This document shows, piece by piece, positions 53,166-61,257 of a stretch of DNA of 64,000 bases. The notes under the pieces were generated by a model. That model was not told the DNA's origin. It worked only from the letters and a program-made list of their open reading frames with translations, and made no database searches. Each line of letters starts with the position of its first letter. Positions within the stretch are counted from its first letter, which is position 1. The position numbers and the translations under genes are program-made. The stretch is from Oscillospiraceae bacterium (GTDB taxonomy: Bacteria > Bacillota > Clostridia > Oscillospirales > JAAYXM01), in contig JAFSEA010000046.1 in the NCBI GenBank assembly GCA_017435965.1, positions 2,974-66,973 on the forward strand. Reading direction: 5' to 3'.

Positions 53166-53194
53166 GAAAAAGCGGTCAAGTTACTGACCGCTTT
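53166..53194 (-). terminator. Terminator downstream of tyrS
   Basis: Stem AGCGGTCA / TGACCGCT with a 6-nt loop. On the minus strand it is followed by a T-run. Confidence 0.6.
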
Positions 53195-53326
53195 GAAACT
53201 TTTAGTTTGTCTTTTCCTTTTTCTTTCTGAACAGGAGGAAAATACAGAGAGCGAGGAGAATTATCGTCCATGCCATTCCTCCGCCCATAAATGAACCGGC
53301 ATCAACATCGAGGAACACATTTGATA

Positions 53327-54547
53327 TTACTTAATAATTGCCTTGTGGAAGACTTTCTTGCCCTTCTTTATCTTAACACCGTTTTTGAGAACATCGGCAG
53401 AAACTACAAAGTCTGCTGCAGCTACCTTCTCACCGTCGAGAGCGACACCGCCCTGCTGAACAAGACGTCTTGCCTCGCCCTTTGAGGGAGTGAGACCGCA
53501 CATCATAAGGAGATCGAGGATTCCCACACCATCGCCTACATCACTTGCAGAAAGCTCGGTTGTGGGCATATTGGAATCATCTCCACCGCCTGAGAAGAGA
53601 CTTCTTGCGGCATCACGTGCCTTAATTGCTTCTTCCTCACCGTGAACAAGAGCTGTGAGCTCATAGGCGAGAAGCTCTTTCTTTTCGTTGATGCGATTGT
53701 CTTCCCATTTTTCAATTTCGTCAATCTCTTCAATGGGAATAAATGTGAGCATTCTGATGCACTTCATAACATCGGCATCGTCAACGTTTCTCCAGTACTG
53801 GAAGAACTCGAAGGGAGTTGTTTTCTCAGGGTCAAGCCATACTGCACCGCGTGCGGTTTTGCCCATCTTCTTGCCCTCGGAATTGAGAAGAAGGGTGATT
53901 GTCATAGCGTGGGCATCCTTGCCGAGCTTTCTTCTTATAAGCTCTGTTCCGCCAAGCATATTGCTCCACTGGTCGTTTCCGCCAAACTGCATATTGCAGC
54001 CGAGCTTCTGATACATATAATAGAAGTCATAGGACTGCATAATCATATAGTTGAATTCAAGGAAGGAAAGTCCCTTTTCCATTCTCTGCTTATAGCACTC
54101 CGCACGGAGCATATTATTTACCGAGAAGCAAGCACCGACTTCGCGGAGAACATCGATATAGTTGAGGTCCAAAAGCCAATCGGCATTGTTTACCATCATA
54201 GCCTTGCCTTCGCCGAACTCGATGAATCTCTCCATCTGCTTCTTGAAGCAGTCGCAGTTGTGCTGAATTGTTTCTTTTGTCATCATAGAGCGCATATCTG
54301 TACGTCCCGAGGGGTCACCGATCATCGCTGTTCCGCCACCGATAAGAACGATAGGCTTGTTTCCTGCCATCTGAAGACGCTTCATAAGGCAGAGTGCCAT
54401 AAAGTGACCTACATGGAGGGAATCGGCAGTGGGGTCAAAGCCGATATAGAAAGTTGCCTTACCGTTGTTTACGAGCTCACGGATTTCTTCTTCGTTTGTA
54501 ACCTGAGCAATAAGACCACGGGCAACGAGTTCTTCATAAATTTTCAT
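53327..54547 (-). CDS. tyrS: Tyrosine--tRNA ligase
   Basis: HIGH motif (HVGHF), KMSKS-type motif (KMGKT) and a C-terminal S4-like domain. Start chosen at MKIYEELVARGLIAQV (ATG 54547). Confidence 0.92.
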   Translation of the reverse strand: MKIYEELVARGLIAQVTNEEEIRELVNNGKATFYIGFDPTADSLHVGHFMALCLMKRLQMAGNKPIVLIGGGTAMIGDPSGRTDMRSMMTKETIQHNCDCFKKQMERFIEFGEGKAMMVNNADWLLDLNYIDVLREVGACFSVNNMLRAECYKQRMEKGLSFLEFNYMIMQSYDFYYMYQKLGCNMQFGGNDQWSNMLGGTELIRRKLGKDAHAMTITLLLNSEGKKMGKTARGAVWLDPEKTTPFEFFQYWRNVDDADVMKCIRMLTFIPIEEIDEIEKWEDNRINEKKELLAYELTALVHGEEEAIKARDAARSLFSGGGDDSNMPTTELSASDVGDGVGILDLLMMCGLTPSKGEARRLVQQGGVALDGEKVAAADFVVSADVLKNGVKIKKGKKVFHKAIIK

Positions 54548-54677
54548 AACTTTAAAAACCTTCTTTCGTTTCATAAACATACACATGTAATATACCATAT
54601 CGTGCCATAAAAATCAAGGAATTATGATTAAAAACCGTGATTTTGCACTTGTGATGCAATTTTTAATGAAAAAATTA

Positions 54678-54706
54678 TTGACAGAAAAAAATAACGGTGC
54701 TATAAT
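54678..54706 (+). promoter_or_regulatory. Consensus sigma-A promoter driving the T-box leader
   Basis: TTGACA (54678-83), a 17-nt spacer, then TATAAT (54701-06). Confidence 0.75.
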
Positions 54707-54730
54707 TATTTATAATTTAATATGTATAAA

Positions 54731-54990
54731 CCGTTGAGACAGAAAAAAGTCAGGGCAGGGTCTTTTATAGCGAGCGAAAGATGGTGAGAGTTTCGCAAAG
54801 ATTCTCTGAGTAATATGGGCTGTTGAGGGCTGTGAAGAAATGCACGGACGTGTGACCTGCGTTAAAGGTCGGGAGTATGATTGTACTCTTAAGGCGCATC
54901 GGTTTTCCCGATGAATCAAGGTGGCACCGCGGATATAAGCTTATGTTCGTCCTTGGCAGAAATAATGTTGTTCTGTCGGGGCGTTTTTTT
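54731..54990 (+). promoter_or_regulatory. T-box riboswitch leader, probable Trp (UGG) specifier
   Basis: K-turn-like GUUGAGA at 54734. Stem I helices ACAG (54739-42)/CUGU (54820-23) and AGGGUCUUU/AAAGAUUCU. Distal hairpin GCGAAA...UUUCGC. UGG at 54816-18 is followed by a purine directly before the closing helix. Stem III CATCGG/CCGATG. T-box AAUCAAGGUGGCACCGCGG at 54914-32. Terminator plus U7 at 54948-90. Confidence 0.8.
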
Positions 54991-55030
54991 ATAGCCTTTG
55001 CAGAAAGACTCGAAGAAAGGATATGTTATT

Positions 55031-56251
55031 ATGAATTTGAACGGCGTTGATTTTGAAACTTACTTTAACAATTACCCCGATAAAGACGGATACTTCGGAA
55101 AATACGGCGGAGTGTATATTGACGATAAGCTCAAAACCGCCATGGCAGAGATTACCGAGGCATATTATTCCATATGCCAGTCAAGAAAGTTTATTGCGGA
55201 GCTTCGCAGAATAAGAAAGGAATTCCAGGGAAGACCCACTCCCGTAACCCACCTTGAAAGACTTTCCGATGCTCTCGGCGGAAAGGTTCAGCTTTATGCA
55301 AAGCGTGAGGATTTGAACCACTCCGGTGCACATAAGCTTAATCACTGTATGGGTGAAGCACTTCTTGCAAAGTATATGGGCAAGAAGAAGGTTATTGCAG
55401 AAACGGGTGCCGGTCAGCACGGTGTTGCTCTTGCAACAGCGGCGGCATATTTCGGTCTTGAATGTGATATCTATATGGGTTCTGTTGATATAAAGAAGCA
55501 GGCTCCGAATGTTGCAAGAATGAAGATACTCGGTGCAAACGTTGTTGAGGTAACCCACGGTCTCCAGACTCTCAAAGAGGCTGTTGATGCGGCGTTTGAT
55601 GCATATAGCAAGGAATATAACGATGCTATCTATTGCATCGGCTCGGTTCTCGGTCCTCATCCCTTCCCGATGATGGTAAGAGACTTCCAGAGCGTTGTGG
55701 GAATTGAGGCAAGAGACCAGTTTATTGATATGACAGGACATCTTCCGGATGCAATCGTTGCCTGCGTTGGCGGTGGCTCCAATGCTGCAGGTCTTTTTGC
55801 GGGATTCCTCAATGACCCTGTTGATATTTACGGTATTGAACCTCTCGGAAGAGGACCTAAGCTCGGCGACCACGCCGCAAGCCTTAAGTATGGCGAAGAG
55901 GGCATTATGCATGGTTTTAACAGCATTATGCTCAAAGACGAAAACGGCGAGCCTGCTCCTGTTTATTCAGTTGCAAGCGGTCTTAACTATCCATCCTCTG
56001 GTCCTGAGCACGCATTCCTTCAGGAAATCGGCAGAGTAAAGTATGATGTTATTGACGATGAAGAAACAGTTGATGCATTCTATCGTCTTGCAAGACTTGA
56101 GGGCATTATTCCGGCAATCGAGAGTGCTCACGCCGTTGCATTCGGTATGAAGCTTGCAAAGCAGATGGACAAAGGCTCCATTCTCATAAATCTCTCCGGC
56201 CGTGGCGATAAGGATATGGACTATATCATAGAAAACTTCGGAATAAGATAA
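55031..56251 (+). CDS. trpB: Tryptophan synthase beta chain (stand-alone, no trpA nearby)
   Basis: Collinear with canonical TrpB: [22 protein letters not shown] (PLP Lys), [16 protein letters not shown] and [12 protein letters not shown] 55031 has RBS AAAGGA; the ORF-track TTG at 54998 lies inside the terminator tail. Confidence 0.9.
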   Translation: MNLNGVDFETYFNNYPDKDGYFGKYGGVYIDDKLKTAMAEITEAYYSICQSRKFIAELRRIRKEFQGRPTPVTHLERLSDALGGKVQLYAKREDLNHSGAHKLNHCMGEALLAKYMGKKKVIAETGAGQHGVALATAAAYFGLECDIYMGSVDIKKQAPNVARMKILGANVVEVTHGLQTLKEAVDAAFDAYSKEYNDAIYCIGSVLGPHPFPMMVRDFQSVVGIEARDQFIDMTGHLPDAIVACVGGGSNAAGLFAGFLNDPVDIYGIEPLGRGPKLGDHAASLKYGEEGIMHGFNSIMLKDENGEPAPVYSVASGLNYPSSGPEHAFLQEIGRVKYDVIDDEETVDAFYRLARLEGIIPAIESAHAVAFGMKLAKQMDKGSILINLSGRGDKDMDYIIENFGIR

Positions 56252-56256
56252 AAGAT

Positions 56257-56291
56257 AAGGGTTGAGCGAATCGCTCAACCCTTTGTTTGTG
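56257..56291. terminator. Palindromic bidirectional terminator, copy 1 (AAGGGTTGAGCG / CGCTCAACCCTT)
   Basis: 12-bp stem followed by TGTTTGTG. Lies between convergent trpB and the DUF1273 gene and contains the DUF1273 stop codon. Confidence 0.7.
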
Positions 56292-56721
56292 TAAAATTTT
56301 CCGCAAGATTGATTGCTGTTTTACCTCGTTTTTTGGCAAGTTCAAAATATCTGTTCGCGCCACCGATGGGGCGTGAGATATAACCGATAACAAAATCCGC
56401 GTTTTTTACCAGCCATTCGTTGCGGTGAGCGATAGCAAATCGTGGATGAACAAGCTCAAGCCCATCGGGAATTATGGTATCGGAATAGTCCTCATCGTTT
56501 TTCTTTGGAAAATAGGCAAGAACCACAAAATATCTGATGTGAGGGTATTTTTCGGAAAGGGAACGGAGAATACCTCTTACATATGAGTCAAACTTTCCTT
56601 GATTGCCAACATAAAAAGTATCAACTCCGTGTGTTGAAATAAGCTCTTCTATTGCCTTTATGATATAAGGCTTAATTCCTTCCGGAGTATCTCTGTGCCC
56701 GAAAAAAGTACATACATGCAT
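56275..56721 (-). CDS. SLOG-fold DUF1273 (YpsA-like) protein
   Basis: N-terminal VCTFFGHRD followed by FYVGNQGKFD, typical of DUF1273. About 148 aa from ATG 56721. Confidence 0.7.
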   Translation of the reverse strand: MHVCTFFGHRDTPEGIKPYIIKAIEELISTHGVDTFYVGNQGKFDSYVRGILRSLSEKYPHIRYFVVLAYFPKKNDEDYSDTIIPDGLELVHPRFAIAHRNEWLVKNADFVIGYISRPIGGANRYFELAKKRGKTAINLAENFTQTKG

Positions 56722-56768
56722 AATACAAATCACCCTTATTGACCAATATCACGGTCTATATTTTCTTG

Positions 56769-56797
56769 AGTATAGCATAAAATAATAGAAATTGCAA
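56769..56797 (-). promoter_or_regulatory. Candidate promoter of the DUF1273 gene
   Basis: Minus strand: TTGCAA, a 17-nt spacer, then TATACT. Confidence 0.4.
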
Positions 56798-56825
56798 CTA
56801 ATGCCGGTCAAAAAGAGGTGAGGGT

Positions 56826-57074
56826 ATGGAACAAAAATTACGTCGTGATAGGTGTATGGGAGATAATTTAAGGAAGATGCGCCTTGAACACAAGCTTTCA
56901 CAGGAAAAGCTTTGTACCATGCTTCAGCTCAGAGGATGCGATATAGGAAGAACAACATATGAAAAATATGAGTGCGGAGAATTAAATATCAAGATAAGCG
57001 TTATTATCCAGCTCAAAAAAATGTATAATTGTTCATATGATGATTTCTTCGAAGGACTTGATGTTGAAAAATGA
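56826..57074 (+). CDS. XRE-family HTH regulator
   Basis: LRKMRLEHKLSQEKLCTMLQLRGCDIGRTTYEKYECGE is an HTH_3-type pattern. RBS AGAGGTGAG. Confidence 0.7.
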   Translation: MEQKLRRDRCMGDNLRKMRLEHKLSQEKLCTMLQLRGCDIGRTTYEKYECGELNIKISVIIQLKKMYNCSYDDFFEGLDVEK

Positions 57075-57289
57075 GCAGATTAAAAGAGTTGAGAAAAGAG
57101 AAAGGATATACTCAGATAAAAATGCAGATGCTCACAGGAATAGACCAGAGCGACTATTCAAAGATTGAATGCGGAAAACGTTATTATACTTTTGAGCAAT
57201 GCGTTAAAATTGCAAAAGTACTGGGAACAAGTATGGATTATCTCGCAGGACTTACCGACGAAAAGAAACCCTATCCGAGAAAGGGTTAG
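57071..57289 (+). CDS. XRE-family HTH regulator
   Basis: LKELRKEKGYTQIKMQMLTGIDQSDYSKIECGKRY ... LGTSMDYLAGLTDE. Its ATGA start/stop overlaps the upstream XRE gene. Confidence 0.8.
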   Translation: MSRLKELRKEKGYTQIKMQMLTGIDQSDYSKIECGKRYYTFEQCVKIAKVLGTSMDYLAGLTDEKKPYPRKG

Positions 57290-57345
57290 TTGTTATCGTA
57301 TAAAGAGTACGTCTGATAATTGCTGTAAATGCTTCAAAAATACAA

Positions 57346-57384
57346 CAAAGGGTTGAGTGATTTCGCTCAACCCTTTGTTTTGTC
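57346..57384. terminator. Palindromic bidirectional terminator, copy 2 (ACAAAGGGTTGAG / CTCAACCCTTTGT)
   Basis: 13-bp stem with nearly the same sequence as 56257-56291, followed by TTTTG. Lies between convergent genes. Confidence 0.7.
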
Positions 57385-57392
57385 TCTATAAG

Positions 57393-59756
57393 TTATACCA
57401 CATTAAAACCGCTTGACCATACTTTCTGAGTTCCCGAAGTATCTGTTGCTGTAACCTGAAGCACATAGTAGCCTTTTGCGAGCTTATTGAATATAAGATT
57501 GTTGTTTACATTTGCGTATCTTATATCCATAGAGGTGGAATTGGGATAATCTGTTGTTCTTTGAACAACATTTCCCTTTGAATCGTGGATAGTGCCGATT
57601 ACAGTTGTAATTTTATAGTTTGATGTTACACTTCCGCGAAGACCGAAGGACTTGCCCTTATTTATGCTTGTGGGATATTTTGTGAGATTTACATTAAGGG
57701 TAGATTTCGGTTTTGAGGATGATGAACTTGATGAAGAGGAGGAAGACTTACCTTTGACGGTGAATTCTTTACTCCACGTTTTTGTTCCTGCAGAGTTCTT
57801 TGCGGTGAACTTCAATGTATATGTGCCTGCACCGAGGGTGTTGAAGGTTATCTTATTGTTGGCGTTCATATTCTTGATGTTGCCGGTTGAGTTTGCGGAG
57901 ATAGTGTCGGCTGTTGAGAGAACTGCTTTTCCGCTTTTGTTGATAACCTCGGTTGTAACAGTGGTCTTTGCACCGTTTGCATAAATTGTACCGCGAAGAC
58001 CATAGGAACTTCCCTGATTTATGCTTGTGGGATAGCTTGTTACATCAATCGACGGCTTTTTTGCCGTGGATTGAGTTGATGTAGTTGCTTTTGATGAACT
58101 TGTGTTTTTGCTTGATGAACTTGATGAAGAGGAGGAAGATTTACCTTTAACGGTGAATTCTTTACTCCACGTTTTCTTTCCTGCGGAGTTCTTTGCGGTG
58201 AACTTCAATGTATATGTTCCTGCACCGAGGGTGTTGAAGGTTATCTTATTGTTGGCGTTCATATTCTTGATGTTGCCGGTTGAGTTTGCGGAGATAGTGT
58301 CGGTTGTTGAGAGAACTGCTTTTCCGTTTTTGTTGATAACCTCGGTTGTAACAGTAGTCTTTGCGCCGTTTGCATAAATTGTGCCGCGGAGACCATAGGA
58401 GCTTCCCTGATTTATGCTTGTGGGATACCTTGTTACATCAATCGAAGGCTTTTTTGCTGTGGATTGAGTTGATGTAGTTGTTTTCGATGAACTTGTATTT
58501 TTGCTCGATGAGGATGAACTTGTGTTTTTGCTTGATGAGGACGATGCGGGAGTCTGTTTTTGGTATTTCTTGTCAAAATCCTTAGCGTAGACATATGCTG
58601 TTACTGTTTTCTTTGTTGAGTTGTCATAGTAGCTTATAGCATACCATTTATTCTTGTAAGCATTTGTGACATATCCGACAACTGTGATCTTGTTTGTGAC
58701 CTTGTATGGATATGCTGCAGCATCCTCATAAGGTTCTTTGTAAATGCCGATTTTGCTGCTTTTATAGTTGTCTTTGAGCTCATAAACCTGTGTTGTTAGC
58801 TTTTTGAGGGTGTATTTATAAGCCTTACCGCAGACCTTGCAAACACCGGGCTTGCCATTTTTTGTTTGGTATGAGGTGCAGGTATGGGTGGTAGTTGCAG
58901 GCTTGGTTGTTGTGGTGGATTTTGAGGTGGTAGTACTTTGGGCAGTATCAATGTAGGCGATGTAGCCATCTATGCTATTTGACATACTATCATATAAATT
59001 TTTGGCACCTTTATGAGTTAAAGCACCTTTACTGTTATAATGATCGCTATATTGCCACGTTTTCGTATAAAGCTCTCTCCCATCGCCCCAACCGACGTCA
59101 ACGCCATCTATTGCATAAAAGATATAGTCGTCTCCGCTTTTAACAAAATCGGTGAAGACAATACAATGACCACTTCCGCGATAATGAACGCCTTCCGGAT
59201 GTTCAAGAAGAAGATTTGCTAAAAATTCTCTGAATTTTTTGTCTGAGTTTATTCCGTATTTACTTGTCATTGTGGGTTTGGAAATTTGAACAAATTTATA
59301 TTTGTTTCCATTTTTTGCGGTAAACGTATATTTATACCATTGAGAAGTAGCATTATCATATTCATAACCATTGCCATAATACATTTTGCAGTTTCCAGTA
59401 TGATAAAAATCAACACCTGCAGCTGTAACTGTATTACCGCAAGCAGATATCACATCAGACATAGTAAAAACATTGTTTGAAGATAAAGAACTACCGATAT
59501 CATACGCTAATCGTCTGTTCAAAAGCTGAGTAGCAGCCACAATGTTACATATTCCTGGATTAGTGCTTTTTGATTTATAAGAATTCCCGTTTTTTACTAC
59601 ACGATAGCTTTGTTTTTGTAAAGGAATAGATAACTTGTTGAGATTATCAACTTTAGCTTTGTATGAATTATAATCTGTTGCTGCTGATACTGAAATTGAT
59701 GGTAGTATAGACAGTATCATAGCACAACAGAGGATAAGGCTTAAAAACTTTTTCAT
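57393..59756 (-). CDS. Secreted Ser-rich repeat protein: papain-like (clan CA-like) domain + SH3b-like domain + three Ig-like repeats
   Basis: Signal peptide MKKFLSLILCCAMILSILPSISVSA. Candidate Cys/His pair (NPGICNIVAATQLL; GSGHCIVFTDF). SH3b-like stretch (IGIYKEPYEDAAAYPYKV...NKWYAISYY). Three ~105-aa repeats are joined by poly-Ser/Thr linkers. Confidence 0.85.
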   Translation of the reverse strand: MKKFLSLILCCAMILSILPSISVSAATDYNSYKAKVDNLNKLSIPLQKQSYRVVKNGNSYKSKSTNPGICNIVAATQLLNRRLAYDIGSSLSSNNVFTMSDVISACGNTVTAAGVDFYHTGNCKMYYGNGYEYDNATSQWYKYTFTAKNGNKYKFVQISKPTMTSKYGINSDKKFREFLANLLLEHPEGVHYRGSGHCIVFTDFVKSGDDYIFYAIDGVDVGWGDGRELYTKTWQYSDHYNSKGALTHKGAKNLYDSMSNSIDGYIAYIDTAQSTTTSKSTTTTKPATTTHTCTSYQTKNGKPGVCKVCGKAYKYTLKKLTTQVYELKDNYKSSKIGIYKEPYEDAAAYPYKVTNKITVVGYVTNAYKNKWYAISYYDNSTKKTVTAYVYAKDFDKKYQKQTPASSSSSKNTSSSSSSKNTSSSKTTTSTQSTAKKPSIDVTRYPTSINQGSSYGLRGTIYANGAKTTVTTEVINKNGKAVLSTTDTISANSTGNIKNMNANNKITFNTLGAGTYTLKFTAKNSAGKKTWSKEFTVKGKSSSSSSSSSSKNTSSSKATTSTQSTAKKPSIDVTSYPTSINQGSSYGLRGTIYANGAKTTVTTEVINKSGKAVLSTADTISANSTGNIKNMNANNKITFNTLGAGTYTLKFTAKNSAGTKTWSKEFTVKGKSSSSSSSSSSSKPKSTLNVNLTKYPTSINKGKSFGLRGSVTSNYKITTVIGTIHDSKGNVVQRTTDYPNSTSMDIRYANVNNNLIFNKLAKGYYVLQVTATDTSGTQKVWSSGFNVV
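57714..58454 (-). repeat. Two near-identical tandem coding repeats (393-nt unit: Ig-like domain + Ser/Thr linker)
   Basis: Copy 1 is 58062-58454 and copy 2 is 57714-58061. The domain parts differ at 4 of 105 aa. A diverged third copy lies at 57393-57713. Confidence 0.85.
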
Positions 59757-59774
59757 ATTAAAAATCCTTTCTTG

Positions 59775-60626
59775 TTATTTTTCGTAATTTGCAAGAGTTC
59801 CGCTTTCGAGGTCATAATATCCTTCGAACATTTCTGAACCATCGGTTTTTACTATGTAGCTTGTTGCTCTCGATGTGTAAGGTTCTCCCGTCACCTGATC
59901 AACAAGAACCGTGCTTACCTCAATCTGATAATAGCTTTCGCCTTCATACTCAAAGAAGTATTCAAAGGAGGCAACCATTCCATCAGCGAGGGTTTCGGCA
60001 ACGAGTGAAACAGCTTCTTCGTCTGTCAGGGCGGTGGAGCTTTCTTCTGTTTCGGGAATTTCGGGAACTGCAACTTCATCTTCCTGAGGCTCTGTTTCTT
60101 CCGGAGCTTCCACAGGTGCTTCCTCTTCGGTTGGCTCGGAAGTATCAGCTTTGGGATTTGAGGTTATTATAACGCTTCTTGTTTCGTGAATCCACTCGAT
60201 ATCCGTTCCCCAGATTTCGCAGAAAGCACGGATGGGAATATGGAAGCTTCCGTTATGGATTGTTGCAGGAACATCAAGTGTGTATTCCTCGGTTGTTCCG
60301 TCAGCGTATGTTATGAGTGCGGTTGAAGAGTCGTTTGTGAAGGTACAGGAAGTATCGTCACTTTGGAATGTGGCTGATTTTATGCTGTCATCATAAGCAA
60401 TGCCGTCTTCTGCCCAACCCATTGCCTCAAAAATGGGGCGGAGGGGAACCAATGTGCGGTCATTGATGATACAGGGCTTGTTTTCGCTGTTTGCATAGAC
60501 ATCTTCGCCGTTATAATAAACGGACAAGTCTTCGGAGTAGCTGTTTATTTCTACGGCAGATGCAAATGATAAGAGCATAAATACCGAGAGAGAAACAGCT
60601 AAAAGGGTGGAAAGTGCTTTTTTCAT
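59775..60626 (-). CDS. Secreted copper-amine-oxidase-N-terminal-like (stalk) domain protein
   Basis: Signal peptide MKKALSTLLAVSLSVFMLLSFASA. The motif INDRTLVPLRPIFEAMGW is typical of the Cu_amine_oxidN1 domain. Contains an acidic Pro/Glu linker. Start at ATG 60626 (RBS GAAGGAA). Confidence 0.75.
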   Translation of the reverse strand: MKKALSTLLAVSLSVFMLLSFASAVEINSYSEDLSVYYNGEDVYANSENKPCIINDRTLVPLRPIFEAMGWAEDGIAYDDSIKSATFQSDDTSCTFTNDSSTALITYADGTTEEYTLDVPATIHNGSFHIPIRAFCEIWGTDIEWIHETRSVIITSNPKADTSEPTEEEAPVEAPEETEPQEDEVAVPEIPETEESSTALTDEEAVSLVAETLADGMVASFEYFFEYEGESYYQIEVSTVLVDQVTGEPYTSRATSYIVKTDGSEMFEGYYDLESGTLANYEK

Positions 60627-60658
60627 AAATATTCCTTCTTTCATAAATATTACTCACT

Positions 60659-60682
60659 AATATTGAGTATATACTCAATATT
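60659..60682. promoter_or_regulatory. 24-bp perfect palindrome (AATATTGAGTATATACTCAATATT), candidate XRE operator
   Basis: Lies in the divergent intergenic region. Overlaps the -10 and predicted start site of the minus-strand promoter at 60678-60706. Confidence 0.6.
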
Positions 60683-60706
60683 ATCAAATTCAAATTGGAT
60701 TGTCAA
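60678..60706 (-). promoter_or_regulatory. Sigma-A type promoter of the 59775-60626 / 57393-59756 operon
   Basis: Minus strand: TTGACA (60706-60701), a 17-nt spacer, then TAATAT (60683-60678) with an upstream TG. Confidence 0.6.
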
Positions 60707-60719
60707 GAGTATAAAATAG

Positions 60720-60995
60720 ATGTTGTCAAATAAATATATGATAGGATTGAGTTTTATGCTGGGCGAAAATGAATACAACGGAATACTTCTTGATATAGGA
60801 ATAAAAATCGGATATTATCGCAGACGTGCCGGAATGACACAGGCAGAGCTTGCGGAGCATACGGGGCTTACATTATCATATATCAGTCAGCTTGAAAGCC
60901 CGAATCTTCCTTATTGCCCATCAATAAAAGCACTTTTTACCATAGCAAAAGCACTCGGCGTGAAAGCTTCAAAGATTATTGACTTGGAAGACTGA
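60720..60995 (+). CDS. XRE-family HTH regulator (start uncertain)
   Basis: IGYYRRRAGMTQAELAEHTGLTLSYISQLESPN is an HTH_3 pattern. In-frame ATGs at 60738 and 60756 are alternatives. Confidence 0.7.
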   Translation: MLSNKYMIGLSFMLGENEYNGILLDIGIKIGYYRRRAGMTQAELAEHTGLTLSYISQLESPNLPYCPSIKALFTIAKALGVKASKIIDLED

Positions 60996-61003
60996 AAAAA
61001 CAA

Positions 61004-61037
61004 ATAGCCGTAGCAAGGGATTTCTTGCTACGGCTAT
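61004..61037. terminator. Bidirectional terminator
   Basis: 14-bp stem ATAGCCGTAGCAAG / CTTGCTACGGCTAT with a T-rich flank. Lies between convergent genes. Confidence 0.7.
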
Positions 61038-61038
61038 T

Positions 61039-61257
61039 TTATATGATACTGTTAAAATACTCTTCGCTGACACGAAGTTGTTTCTTTAATATTTCACGCC
61101 ACAAATGGGTATGTATTTCACCGCTTCCTTTTGATACCTTTGTCATGCGGATGGTGCCGTCTTTATCCCTTTTGCGATAAAAATAATGATCGGTGTCTTT
61201 ATACAGTTCCCAACCGTCGCGCTCACAAAAACGCTTTAATTCTTTCCATCTTGGCAT
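61039..61257 (-). CDS. HicA/YcfA-like type II toxin
   Basis: MPRWKELKRFCERDGWELYKDTDHYFYRK...TKVSKGSGEIHTHLWREILKKQL fits the HicA-like pattern (K.L.K.L...GW ... H). RBS GGAGAG. Its 5' end overlaps the upstream gene by 22 nt. Confidence 0.65.
   Translation of the reverse strand: MPRWKELKRFCERDGWELYKDTDHYFYRKRDKDGTIRMTKVSKGSGEIHTHLWREILKKQLRVSEEYFNSII

Noticed and set aside
53202-53318. Small minus-strand ORF between tyrS and its terminator encoding ...MGGGMAWTIILLALCIFLLFRKKKEKTN (28-38 aa)
   Set aside because: It looks like a single transmembrane helix with a basic tail, but it has no Shine-Dalgarno sequence before either candidate start and no other support. It should be kept only as a possibility for ribosome profiling.
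53642-54610. 322-aa ORF on the + strand covering the whole tyrS region
   Set aside because: It is antisense to a gene with unmistakable TyrRS motifs (HIGH, KMSKS-type, S4-like domain). It has no RBS and a low-complexity, Leu/His-rich translation typical of shadow ORFs.
54548-54990. T-box leader as the regulator of tyrS
   Set aside because: The T-box motif, stem III, terminator U-tract and the consensus promoter all read on the + strand toward trpB. The minus-strand reading has no T-box features.
55181-55912. 243-aa minus-strand ORF inside trpB
   Set aside because: It is antisense to a canonical TrpB sequence, and no motif or RBS supports it.
57652-58377. Plus-strand ORFs encoding DELDEEEEDLPLTVNSLLHVF... 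(two similar copies)
   Set aside because: They are the mirror image of the Ser-rich tandem repeats of the minus-strand surface protein. The duplication of the ORF simply reflects the 393-nt repeat.
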